Shown here in pieces: positions 28,650-37,667 of a DNA stretch of 64,000 nucleotides. This stretch comes from an uncultured Actinomycetes bacterium (lineage in GTDB: Bacteria; Actinomycetota; Thermoleophilia; UBA2241): contig CAWJRV010000038.1 of NCBI GenBank assembly GCA_963845355.1, positions 13,590-77,589 of the forward strand, read 5' to 3'. The translations under genes and the position numbers were made by a program. Every line of letters begins with the position of its first letter. Positions within the stretch are counted from its first letter, which is position 1. The notes below the pieces were generated by a model. The model was not told the DNA's origin. It saw only the letters and a program-made list of their open reading frames with translations, and ran no database searches.

Positions 28650-28979
28650 CTACGCTTGGGACTCCGGCGCGGAGAGCTCGGCCAGGATGCGGCGGGCCTC
28701 GTCGGCGTCGCTGCCCAGGACCTGCAGATCGACAGGGAAGGCGCCGGGGTACGGGAGCAGCTCGCCGCGCACCGAGAAGTGGATGTCGGCCGACTGGAGC
28801 AGGGATTCGGCGATCGCCGCCAGGCCGCGGTCGTGACTGGAGAAGACGGTCTCCAGGTGGTCGGCTGCGTCGCTGCGTCTGGGCTCGGCGGTGGGCAGCG
28901 CCTCGACAAGCTCGACGTCGCAGTCGGCGCAGTGGGTGAAGCCTGGCATGTACTCAGCATGGCATTGAGGGCAGTACAT
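28650..28979 (-). CDS. DUF2007-type protein with N-terminal zinc ribbon
   Basis: MYCPQCHAEYMPGFTHCADCDVELV, then a small alpha/beta domain (AAIAESLLQSADIHFSVRGE...). Confidence 0.7.
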   Translation of the reverse strand: MYCPQCHAEYMPGFTHCADCDVELVEALPTAEPRRSDAADHLETVFSSHDRGLAAIAESLLQSADIHFSVRGELLPYPGAFPVDLQVLGSDADEARRILAELSAPESQA

Positions 28980-29337
28980 CTCACCCCTTCGGAGAATCGG
29001 TCACGGCCAACAGTGATTGTGCAGACTGCATGACACCTGGTTGCAGCCTACGCCTTTCTGCGTGGGACGTCATCGCAGGCGGCGGCCGCCTCGGATGCAT
29101 CTGCGAGGCCACGGGGTCGAGGGCGCGGACAAGACCGGCGGCCAACGAACTCACCGACTGAGATCCAGCCGACGCGAGCCCGGGGCGCCCCGTTACCGCC
29201 GACCGACACTTTCTGGCGAAACTACGGTCTAATCGACCAACAATGATCCACTGCCCAGCCGGGATGGGACCGCATGGCATCTCTCAGACAGGCTCTGATG
29301 CCCGACCGGGTCCTCATGTTCCTGAAAGGACGCTGAG

Positions 29338-31251
29338 ATGAAGGGTGCAATCCGTTGCCTCCTGCCGACCGCGCTTGCGGTCGCCGTGATCGCCACGGCC
29401 GGGGGCGCGATCCTGGCTGCTCTCGCCGGTGCCGCCCCCCTCACCTCACCCGACGGTCTTTGGACCTGGTCGCGACCCCTGCCGTTCGGCTACCCGGCGA
29501 GTTCCATCGCGGCGCCGGCGCCCGGCGAGCTGTTCGTCGCAACTAAGGTGAGCGACCTCCTGGCCACCACCGACGGCGGCACGAGCTGGACGTGGAGTCG
29601 TACGGGCGCCGTGCCAGGCTTTGCCGAGCCGCAGGGCGTCCAGTTCGTTTCGGCGACCGAGGGTTGGGCGTGGGGCGTCGACACGACACTGCTGAACGGG
29701 ATGCTGCTCCACACGACCGACGGCGGGGCCAGCTGGCAGTCCAGCTTCACCGCGCCATCGCAGGTCGGGCCGCGGATGGTGCGCTTTGCGGGGCCGCTCT
29801 CGGGCTGGGTCGTGAGTGGTGACTACGAGGACTTCGTGCTCGACACCACGAGCGACGGCGGCCAGACCTGGAGTGGGCCCCTCGCCGTGCCGAATGGCGA
29901 CGGTGATTCCTTCGAGACACTGGCCCCACAGGGTGCCGGCAAGGCGGTCGTCTTCGAGGCGGTGTACGAGGCCGGTTGGGCAGACGGCGATTTCGTGGGA
30001 ACGAGAGTCGAGCGCACCACCGACGGAGGCGCCACCTGGCTCGCGCCCACGATGTTGAAGGGCGTCGAGTTCGTCGATGCCGCCTTCTCCTCGTCGACCA
30101 AGGGGTGGGCCACCGACGACAATGCAGGCTGCTGGCTGTGGCGTACCACCAACGGCGGGGCAAGCTGGCACAAGGCCCACCGGGCGATGCTCGGCGCGCA
30201 CATCCTCACGGTGGGCGACGATGTATGGGTGGTGAGTGCCGGCTCGAGCGGCTCTCTCCACTCATCCGACGGGGGCAGGACGTGGCAGACGCTGCCCCGA
30301 CTCTCTGCCTCCTGCATCTCCTTCTCCGACCCCTCGAACGGCTGGATCGCAGACGGCGCCGGCTATCGGCGCACGACCGACGGCGGCAAGACCTGGCAGC
30401 GCATCACTCCCGCTTCGCAAGAGACAGTCGGCAGCCTGGCGGCGGTCGGCGACGAGACGGTCTGGGGGGTCAGCGGCCGTGTCATAAAGACCACCGACGG
30501 TGGCCAGCACTGGAGATCTGCCTCCAAACGGCAGGTGGCGGCGTTGGCGGCGGTCAGCGCCCTCAGGGCGTGGGCGGTCGGTGACAGAGGCCTGATCATC
30601 CACACCACGGACGGTGGCCACTACTGGGCCCGACAGCCGAGCGGCGTCACCGTCGGCTTGAGCGACGTCTTCTTTCTCGACGCCAGGCACGGCTGGGCAA
30701 GCGGCGGCAACAAGCTGTTGCGCACCATCGACGGCGGACGCCGCTGGACCCACACGCACGTCGCGGTCCCGGCCGACATCAGTGAACTGGACTTCGCCGA
30801 TGCCCGGCATGGCATTGCCATCGACTCATCGCGCGGCATCCTGATCACGGGCAACGGTGGACGCACTTGGTCGAAGACGCAGCTCCCCGTCTCGAAGTAC
30901 CTGCCTACGGCCGCGATCATGCAGGACGCCTCTGACGCTCTGATCATCGCCTGGAGCCAGCTTGGCCCCGCTGCCGCCTGGACCACGAGCGACGGCGGCG
31001 AGACCTGGCAGCTCGGTGGCGATCTTCCTAACGACGATCGCTACGTCGGTATCGCCCGCTCCGGGTCGCTGCTCTGCGCAGTCGGCGGAGGAGTCCCCAC
31101 GAGCCGGGATGGTGGTGCGACGTGGTCCGCCGGCGGGGCGCCCCCAGGCGTCGCGATGACCAGCGCCCAGTTCGTGGACACCGACACGCTGATGGTCGCC
31201 GGCTTCTACGGCGTCATGACCAGAAACCTGACCACTGCGCCACTGCCTTGA
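29338..31251 (+). CDS. secreted multi-blade TTDGGxxW (BNR/Ycf48-like) propeller protein
   Basis: Signal MKGAIRCLLPTALAVAVIATAGGAILAALAGA. Repeats are TTDGGTSWTW, TTDGGASWQ, TSDGGQTWS, TTDGGKTWQ and others. Confidence 0.85.
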   Translation: MKGAIRCLLPTALAVAVIATAGGAILAALAGAAPLTSPDGLWTWSRPLPFGYPASSIAAPAPGELFVATKVSDLLATTDGGTSWTWSRTGAVPGFAEPQGVQFVSATEGWAWGVDTTLLNGMLLHTTDGGASWQSSFTAPSQVGPRMVRFAGPLSGWVVSGDYEDFVLDTTSDGGQTWSGPLAVPNGDGDSFETLAPQGAGKAVVFEAVYEAGWADGDFVGTRVERTTDGGATWLAPTMLKGVEFVDAAFSSSTKGWATDDNAGCWLWRTTNGGASWHKAHRAMLGAHILTVGDDVWVVSAGSSGSLHSSDGGRTWQTLPRLSASCISFSDPSNGWIADGAGYRRTTDGGKTWQRITPASQETVGSLAAVGDETVWGVSGRVIKTTDGGQHWRSASKRQVAALAAVSALRAWAVGDRGLIIHTTDGGHYWARQPSGVTVGLSDVFFLDARHGWASGGNKLLRTIDGGRRWTHTHVAVPADISELDFADARHGIAIDSSRGILITGNGGRTWSKTQLPVSKYLPTAAIMQDASDALIIAWSQLGPAAAWTTSDGGETWQLGGDLPNDDRYVGIARSGSLLCAVGGGVPTSRDGGATWSAGGAPPGVAMTSAQFVDTDTLMVAGFYGVMTRNLTTAPLP

Positions 31252-31411
31252 TGTGGGTCAGTCCAGACAGCCGCATCGAGCGGAAAGCTCGCACGAGGCA
31301 TTCGAGTGGGCCGGCGTCGACCGGCGGTGCGGGCTCGGACTCCGAAGGACCTGCAGCGCGAACCGCAGACGAACCGGGCGCCCACGACCGCGGCGCACCA
31401 AGGTCAGTGGC

Positions 31412-31705
31412 CTAGCGCTGCCTCACGTCACGATAGAAGCCGCCGTCGCGGGTTTTGGTCTGGCATGCCTCGCAGTAGTCTTCAAGGTTGTACACCGACA
31501 GCAGTGCCTGGCAGCGGCAGCAGCGCCGAACGACCTTCTGCGGCGCCCAGTCCGCCGTCTCTTCGCGAAGGCGCTGGCGTTCGGACGCCAGGAGCCGGAC
31601 GCCCGATCCGGCGAGGCAGCGCAGGCAGCGGCCCGTGTTCATCTCTGAACCGAGACCGGCGAGTTTCGCGCCACACGACCGGCAGTAGACGTAACGGTAC
31701 GGCAT
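31412..31705 (-). CDS. Cys-rich small protein (two zinc-ribbon-like CxxC pairs)
   Basis: MPYRYVYCRSCGAKL...GRCLRCL...RRCCRCQALLSVYNLEDYCEACQ. It overlaps the 3' part of ORF 31482..31868. Confidence 0.55.
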   Translation of the reverse strand: MPYRYVYCRSCGAKLAGLGSEMNTGRCLRCLAGSGVRLLASERQRLREETADWAPQKVVRRCCRCQALLSVYNLEDYCEACQTKTRDGGFYRDVRQR

Positions 31706-31868
31706 GCTGCCAGCCTACCATCGTCTGCTTCTTCAGGAATCTCAAGTAGAAGGCCGCAAGGACCATGACGATGCCGCTATTCACTATCAGCCGTGGCCAG
31801 AAGTGATGCCTGAAGAACAGAACATCCAGGCTGACGACGACGGCTATCAATACCACGACGTAAGGCAC
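31482..31868 (-). CDS. small membrane protein; only the first 50 codons or so look genuine
   Basis: MPYVVVLIAVVVSLDVLFFRHHFWPRLIVNSGIVMVLAAFYLRFLKKQ gives two TM in a locally lower-GC stretch. The remainder is Arg/Pro-rich and overlaps 31412..31705. Confidence 0.45.
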   Translation of the reverse strand: MPYVVVLIAVVVSLDVLFFRHHFWPRLIVNSGIVMVLAAFYLRFLKKQTMVGWQHAVPLRLLPVVWRETRRSRFRDEHGPLPALPRRIGRPAPGVRTPAPSRRDGGLGAAEGRSALLPLPGTAVGVQP

Positions 31869-32040
31869 CGCGGGGTCGCGACGTCCCGTGGCGTGTCGTC
31901 GGGGTCGTCGCTCGGGCCGTTCCCATCCGCCTGCGTCACCACGTTCCTGCCAGGGTCGCGATGCTCAATTTGGTCATGCTCGATTCCGGAGCGGCCGATG
32001 ACGTTCGTATGGGTCGCCAGAATCACGACAGAGCTCGGAC

Positions 32041-33006
32041 ATGACACGCGGGAAGGCCGCCACGCGGTCGAAGGCCGTGCTGATATGTGCTGGGCTCGCT
32101 CTGCTGGCCGGCGTCCTGCTCAGCCCTTGGCTGGTGGCGCCGGCCAGGGGTCAGCGCGGCATACAGTCAGGACCGGCTCGTCACCTGATCCGCTACACCG
32201 CCTGGGACGGGCACCTGCGGTCCGCCGTGCTGCTCCTGCCCGCCTGGTACAAGCGAGGTTCCACGGCGAACCTGCCGCTGGTGATCACGCCTCATGGCCG
32301 CGGCGAGAGTCCGGTGTTCATGGCCGACCGTTGGGGGCGGCTGCCGAACCGCGAGGGCTTTGCCGTCATCTGCCCGGCGGGTGAAGGCGAACGGCTGCCT
32401 GGTTACTCGTGTGCCGCCCCCGGCCAGATCTCCGATCTGGCCCGCATGCCGGCCGTCATCGAGAGCGCTCTGCCGTGGGTGCATATCGACCGGCGCCGGG
32501 TCTACGTTGTGGGCTGCAGCATGGGCGGACAGGAGGCCCTGGTCCTGGCGGCCAGGTACCCCGACCGCATCGCCGCCGCCGTGAGCGTCGACGGCCTGGC
32601 TGATCTGGCGAGCCACTACTATGACATGCCGTGCCCCCGACGAAGCGGCCGTGTGGTCTTGCACGACATGGTTGTCGAGTGCGGCGGCACGCCCGCGCAG
32701 AAGCCGCTTTCCTACGCTCTGCGCAGCCCGCTGACATACGCCGAGGATCTGGCCTTCGACGACGTGCCTGTCGAGCTCTGGTGGAGTCGCAGCGACCAGG
32801 TCGTGGTCGACCAGGCCCGCGCTCAGTCGGGCCTGCTCTATCGTCGCATTCGGTCGTTGAATCCGGGCGCGCCCGTTCGGGAGATCGTGACCAACTACCC
32901 TCACTGCGCTGCGTTCTGTGCCGCGATCGCCTTGCCGCGCGTCGTTGCGTTCCTGCGGCCCGATGGACGCTGGCGCTGCGCGCGGACCGCACCGCCCCTC
33001 CGGTGA
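32041..33006 (+). CDS. secreted alpha/beta hydrolase (esterase/depolymerase-like)
   Basis: N-terminal TM/signal and the nucleophile elbow VYVVGCSMGGQEALVLAARYPDR. 321 aa. Confidence 0.8.
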   Translation: MTRGKAATRSKAVLICAGLALLAGVLLSPWLVAPARGQRGIQSGPARHLIRYTAWDGHLRSAVLLLPAWYKRGSTANLPLVITPHGRGESPVFMADRWGRLPNREGFAVICPAGEGERLPGYSCAAPGQISDLARMPAVIESALPWVHIDRRRVYVVGCSMGGQEALVLAARYPDRIAAAVSVDGLADLASHYYDMPCPRRSGRVVLHDMVVECGGTPAQKPLSYALRSPLTYAEDLAFDDVPVELWWSRSDQVVVDQARAQSGLLYRRIRSLNPGAPVREIVTNYPHCAAFCAAIALPRVVAFLRPDGRWRCARTAPPLR

Positions 33007-33263
33007 TGCGGTCGCGGCTCTGAGGCCCCACGAGTGGGCAAGCCTCTCATCGACCAGCTGTTGCAACGACTCGCACTCGCCGGCGGCGTCTCGGAGCTTG
33101 GCCGCTCGGTGCGGGCCCTGCCCGAGCAAGCGGGCCTTGCCGGTCCCCGAGGCTGCGGAGGTGTCTTCGTCGCGTCCGGAGAGTCCCAGCCGTGCCTGCG
33201 GGTGAACTCGAAGCCCCACGTCTGCGTCTCCATGATCGAACGCTGACCGATCAGGGAGCCGTC

Positions 33264-33629
33264 ATGTCAAGATTCTCACGCTGCCTTGCGATCGCACCGC
33301 TGGTCGCTCTCGCGATGCTCTCGCTCTCGTCCTGCGGCACGGCCGCGCCGGCGGCCCACAGCGGCGTACAAGGCATGGCGATGCTCGCGGGTGGACCGGC
33401 TCCGGGGAGCCCCCGGCCCGAGCCCGGCGTCGCTATCGCCGTCCATCAGGACGACCTCCACGGCACGATCGTGGCCCGGACCAAGGCGGGCCCCTCCGGA
33501 GCGTTCAAGGTCGACCTCTCGCCGGGCACCTACACGCTCATCGAAGGCTCCGATGCGGCTCAGTCTCAGACGATCGTCGTCGAGCCAGGCAAGTACATCA
33601 CGGTCACGCTCACGATCGATGCCCCATAG
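33264..33629 (+). CDS. lipoprotein, beta-sandwich type (paralog of 28188..28595)
   Basis: ATG after GGGAG. MSRFSRCLAIAPLVALAMLSLSSCG lipobox. ...FKVDLSPGTYTLIEG...IVVEPGKYITVTLTI. Confidence 0.65.
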   Translation: MSRFSRCLAIAPLVALAMLSLSSCGTAAPAAHSGVQGMAMLAGGPAPGSPRPEPGVAIAVHQDDLHGTIVARTKAGPSGAFKVDLSPGTYTLIEGSDAAQSQTIVVEPGKYITVTLTIDAP

Positions 33630-34170
33630 GCGCTGCTAGGACGGCACGAGGGCGGTGCTCTGCGGGTATGCAGTTGGGCTGCGACCAACCGCTGACGTGC
33701 ATGGTCAACCGCCGATTGTTGGCCTCGCCCACCTGGGTCGGGGAGTTCCTCTCCTTGCTGTCGCCCAAGCCGAGCTGCCCCTTCCAGTCGGCTCCCCAGG
33801 CCCATAGCGTGCCATTCTTCTTGATAGCGAAGCTGGAGCCGACGTCGCTTGCGATGGTCGACCAGTCACGGGCGGCACCGACTCTGGTCGGGCTGAGACG
33901 CGTCTCGGTGTTGCCCAGGCCCAGCTCGCCGACCTCGCCGCTGCCCCAGGCCCACAACGTGCCGTCTTTGGCGAGGGCCAGCGTGTGATCGTACCCGCCG
34001 GCGACCCTCAGCCAGTCGCTCGTGGCTGCCGCCGTGTGGGTTGCGGTCGCGGTGGCGCTTGCGCCGGGCGGTGAGGAGCCGACAGAAGCACTGCGATCAC
34101 CACACCCGTAGAGGAGAGGCGCGACAAGCAAGCCGGCACAGGCGAGCAGACGGACAAAAGTGCGTCGCAA
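33610..34170 (-). CDS. short RCC1-repeat lipoprotein (2-3 blades only)
   Basis: MRRTFVRLLACAGLLVAPLLYGCG lipobox. DGTLWAWGSGEVGELGLGNT and NGTLWAWGADWKGQLGLGDS. The C-terminal 40 aa are unlike RCC1. Confidence 0.7.
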   Translation of the reverse strand: MRRTFVRLLACAGLLVAPLLYGCGDRSASVGSSPPGASATATATHTAAATSDWLRVAGGYDHTLALAKDGTLWAWGSGEVGELGLGNTETRLSPTRVGAARDWSTIASDVGSSFAIKKNGTLWAWGADWKGQLGLGDSKERNSPTQVGEANNRRLTMHVSGWSQPNCIPAEHRPRAVLAAPMGHRS

Positions 34171-34363
34171 GAAGAACCTCCTTCAGCGGCCTGGTAGCCG
34201 ACTCTTCGACCGTGGTGTCGACAAGTCGGCGCACCGAGCTTAGGCCTGTCGAAAGCCCCATGGTTGGTCTGTTCAAGCCTTGGTTATCGGTGCTTGCGTG
34301 CGGGCAGGTCGTATGGCAGCGGCCATCTGCGGCCCCCGGGGAGCGCAGAGTGGTTGCGGTCCC

Positions 34364-34774
34364 TCAGTCCGGCCACACGACCTGAAGCATCTCGCCGTCG
34401 CCGCCTTCGGGCTTCGGTCCGCCGATGGCGATCAGCTCGAGGCCCTCGGACCCCGCCGCGAACGCTCTGACGACCTCAGGCGCGACGCGCACCACGTCCC
34501 ACTGGTGGAGCTCATACGCCGTGCCGTCGAGCAGCACCTGACCGGCGCCGGCGGCCACGATGTAGACCTCTTCCTGTTGGCCGTGACGATGCCCGGTCGA
34601 GCCGCGCAGGTTCGGCGCGTAGCGAAAATGGCTGACGCCGATGTCGCGCGAGTCCAGGCTCGTGCGGGCGAAGCGACCCTCGAGGCCCTCGACCCGTCCC
34701 GAGACGGAGTCCTCGACCTCGAGCAAGTTGATGATGGTGAACCCTTCCATGAGCGCCTTTCGCTCGGGGATCAC
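34364..34774 (-). CDS. cupin domain protein
   Basis: GHRHGQQEEVYIVAAGAGQVLLDGTAYELHQWDVVRVAP contains cupin motifs 1 and 2. Confidence 0.8.
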   Translation of the reverse strand: MIPERKALMEGFTIINLLEVEDSVSGRVEGLEGRFARTSLDSRDIGVSHFRYAPNLRGSTGHRHGQQEEVYIVAAGAGQVLLDGTAYELHQWDVVRVAPEVVRAFAAGSEGLELIAIGGPKPEGGDGEMLQVVWPD

Positions 34775-34940
34775 TGCCCCGGCAGTCGCCCACCGGGATC
34801 GGAGCGGCGAGAAGCCTGCTCGGCTTGTTGACGCTAACGCAGGTGACAGTCGCGATTACCTACGACATCCGTGTGATCGCACCGGAACCGCCAGCCTGCA
34901 TGTCGCCTCGCCGCCGGTGAAGCGGCACCGAGGCGGGATC

Positions 34941-36293
34941 TCACCTGCGCACGGCCACCCTGACGACGGGAGTGAAGGCCGTGAACCCTGCGTCTTCGTC
35001 CGAGAAGCGGACCGCGTACCAGGTGGTGCGCGAAGGCCGCAGCAGGGGGCTGTGGAACTTGCCTTCGCTGCCGACGTAGAGATCTACGACCTTTGTCCAC
35101 CCCGGCGCCCTCAGATGCGAGGGCTCGCCCGCGCGGTGGTGCGTCATGAAAAGAGTGACCGTGAAGCCCTCCATGGTCGCCGTCTGGCCGCGGAGGCGCA
35201 CGACGCCGCCACGGTGAATCGACTGCCGCGAAGCGCCGATCGTGCAGACCTGGTAGTCGTCGTAGAGTTCAAGCAGGCTCTGTGGGTCGTCGCTGCGCGT
35301 GGCATAGATCTCATAGACATCGCCGACCGTCGCCCGCTTGGGGATGCGCAGCGAGACGGTGTAGCTCTGGTCGGTCCCCGTCGAGGTGACGACGGTCGCA
35401 GGATAGGTCTGGGTGCCCCAGTCGTCGGGCGAAAGCGAGGAGCCGAAGAACGACATCTGCTGGCCCGCCGGCAGGTTGGAGACGGCGAACCTGACGAGAC
35501 TGCCCGGCCGTCCGGCGTGCTGGCACAGCGGCCCCACCAGACGGCCAAGGACCGCCTGGCTCCAGTCGAACGAGACGGTGGTGCCGGCAAGCGTCCCCGG
35601 CGTCACAGCGACAGGGGTGTGGCTCGGGTTGACCCACTCGCACTCGGCCGACACCGTGTCGTGCGGGTTGTAGGAGTAGGCAACGCCGCTGTTGAAGTCC
35701 GGAGGAGCGGCGTTCACAACGCCTGAGCCCTGGGTGAGATCGATCTGGGTGTCTGCAGACGAACTGGCAGCGTCGCCCAGTGTCACGCCGATGGGCTGGC
35801 CGTCGAGGCCGTGAGCCACGGTCACGGCGACATGGCCCGGACGTAGCGTGTAGTTGTGGGTGGTCGAGAAGTCGAGTCCCCACTGGTCCAAGAAGTAAGA
35901 GCCCGTGTCGGAGTCAAAGACGAAAAGGTCATCGTGACCAGGGTCGGAGGTGACGGCTGGAAGCGAGAAGGTGCCGTCGCCGGCGGTGTTCGTTGTGCCA
36001 CCGTGGTGGTAGACGCCGGCGGTGGGAGACCAGGAGTCGCCGTCGGGGTCAAACCAGCCCCAGTCCACCTCGTAACCGGCCTGAGGATTGCCGAAGAAGT
36101 CCTCGGCAGTGCCGTTGATCGAGTAGGTGGAAGCCGACGACAGAATCGGCATTGAGAGCCGGCTCGGGGCCACCGAGTGCAAACGGAACGCGCGCGCCAT
36201 GGCCAGGTGGCCGTTCATGGTCGCTGCGTGGGCGGCGGGCGCTACGAGCAGCCCGATCGTCAGGAGTGCGACAAAAGCCAGACTGCGTTTCAT
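34941..36293 (-). CDS. secreted protein of an uncharacterised family of about 450 aa (paralog of 44941..46263)
   Basis: Inner ATG MKRSLAFVALLTIGLLVAPAAHA (signal). It shares blocks with 44941..46263, e.g. GPLCQHAGRPGSLVRF, YTVSLRIPKRATVGDVYEIY, LLRPSRTTWYAVRF, FTPVVRVAVR. Confidence 0.8.
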   Translation of the reverse strand: MKRSLAFVALLTIGLLVAPAAHAATMNGHLAMARAFRLHSVAPSRLSMPILSSASTYSINGTAEDFFGNPQAGYEVDWGWFDPDGDSWSPTAGVYHHGGTTNTAGDGTFSLPAVTSDPGHDDLFVFDSDTGSYFLDQWGLDFSTTHNYTLRPGHVAVTVAHGLDGQPIGVTLGDAASSSADTQIDLTQGSGVVNAAPPDFNSGVAYSYNPHDTVSAECEWVNPSHTPVAVTPGTLAGTTVSFDWSQAVLGRLVGPLCQHAGRPGSLVRFAVSNLPAGQQMSFFGSSLSPDDWGTQTYPATVVTSTGTDQSYTVSLRIPKRATVGDVYEIYATRSDDPQSLLELYDDYQVCTIGASRQSIHRGGVVRLRGQTATMEGFTVTLFMTHHRAGEPSHLRAPGWTKVVDLYVGSEGKFHSPLLRPSRTTWYAVRFSDEDAGFTAFTPVVRVAVRR

Positions 36294-36488
36294 GTGCCCC
36301 CCCAAGTCCACGCGTTCAGAAGATGGCCTGCGCTGCGGCCAGGCCCATATTATCTCATACGGACCACAGAAACTGGGCATCAGTGCTAGTGGGCGACATC
36401 GCACGAACCAACGGCCTTCGCCGTGGCTGGGCTGAGTGCCACCGAATGCATCGAGCACCGCTCACCGCCATCTTCTGCCCCCAGTTTC

Positions 36489-36506
36489 GGTTACAGGAGG
36501 GTTGCA
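36489..36506 (+). repeat. two GGTT(A/G)CA iterons, 11-bp phasing
   Basis: cGGTTACAggagGGTTGCAcgg. The flanking 60 nt or so resemble the arm next to tRNA-Glu (…CCATCTTCTGCCCCCAGTTTCGGTTACAGGAGGGTTGCA). Confidence 0.6.
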
Positions 36507-36672
36507 CGGCTAACCGATCGTTAGGGCATCTCCGACGGTGTCTCGGTCGCGAGAGCAGGCCGAAACTGTGTCCTGTCTCGCAAGACTCAAAGGCCGGCAG
36601 AGAGCAAGGAAGAAGCCAACGCGTTCCTCACTGTCCTGCCGCCGGTATCCACGTTTTGCCATCGGTCGACAA

Positions 36673-36888
36673 GTGCCCGCCAAGCTCCTCGTCAGCTTGG
36701 CAGCCTCGCTTGTGGCCTTGGTCGTCGCCGTCCCCGCCCTCGCCGATGGCGAGCCGCCGGCGCCCCTCTCGTCCTCGACTACCAACCTCGTCATCACCGG
36801 CATCGTGGTGGCCGCCGTGACCGTCGCGGCGGGGTTGGTCACAAGTCAAAGGCAACGCAGCGGCTACCGACAAGCCAGGGGTATATAG
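36673..36888 (+). CDS. possible small secreted/anchored protein
   Basis: GTG start. VPAKLLVSLAASLVALVVAVPALA signal-like, plus a C-terminal hydrophobic helix. There is no clear RBS. Confidence 0.35.
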   Translation: MPAKLLVSLAASLVALVVAVPALADGEPPAPLSSSTTNLVITGIVVAAVTVAAGLVTSQRQRSGYRQARGI

Positions 36889-36953
36889 CGTCGTGCTCCA
36901 CCTTCGCGGTGAGTGAGATTACGCCGGGACCTTTAGAGAAAGGACGCGGGACC

Positions 36954-37343
36954 ATGTCTAAGCCGACTCACGAGGATGCCGACCTGATGCTTCAGCTGGT
37001 ACGGTCGTGGCCAGTAGAGGCCACCGATTGGATGTGGAGCGACGAGTTCGTCGCCGACCCCAGCGAGTTCTCGGTCAAGAACGCCGAGGGCGGCAAGGGC
37101 TATGCCAACATCCGGGCCGTGCTCAACTGGTACGAGACGCTCGGCACCCTCCACAAGCACGGGCTGCTCAACGAGGACCTGCTGTTCGACTGGCTGGCGG
37201 TCGATCTCTCGTGGGACAGGATGAAGGGCCACGCTGTCGCGTGGCGTGCGGAGATCGGCAACCCGCACATGTATGAGAACTTCGAGGCCATGGCGAATGC
37301 GCAGAAGACGTGGGCGGCTGCCCGCGATCGCGAGGCCGCGTGA
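36954..37343 (+). CDS. hypothetical protein
   Basis: ATG after GAAAGGA. The 129 aa have normal composition (…NIRAVLNWYETLGTLHKHGLLNEDLLFDWLAV…). Confidence 0.6.
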   Translation: MSKPTHEDADLMLQLVRSWPVEATDWMWSDEFVADPSEFSVKNAEGGKGYANIRAVLNWYETLGTLHKHGLLNEDLLFDWLAVDLSWDRMKGHAVAWRAEIGNPHMYENFEAMANAQKTWAAARDREAA

Positions 37344-37415
37344 CGAGAGGCACAGGGCCGGTCTCCTCTCGCCACGGTCACTACGGTTCACGTGCTCGCC
37401 TAGGTGGGTACAGTC

Positions 37416-37525
37416 GCGCAGTCTCCGAGTTCGGAAGTCCTAAGGGCGCAACGGCCTAAGGTGCCCGAGCCGGTAGGGTGCAGTGCGAAAGCGCCGTGCC
37501 TCCCAGTGCGGAAAGGAGATGGCGC
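37416..37525 (+). promoter_or_regulatory. Moco/Tuco-type (molybdenum/tungsten cofactor) riboswitch candidate
   Basis: The closing stem GCGCAGUCUCC / GGAGAUGGCGC encloses CUCCGAG, GCCCGAGCCGGUAGGGUGC, a GUGC-GAAA-GCGC hairpin, GCCUCCC and GGAAAGGAG. These are the conserved blocks of the Moco RNA motif as I remember it. It lies upstream of a molybdate/tungstate transporter. Confidence 0.6.
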
Positions 37526-37667
37526 CATCAAGACCAGCGTCGCTAGTAGAGGGGACCTACACACCGTGCTTCTTGCGGACGGTCCGCGTTTCGGCGGAAT
37601 AGCCGGTGTGGTGGCCAACCTTCCTTCGCGTGCCGGGGTTTCGTGAATCGCGGCAGAGGAGGAAGAG

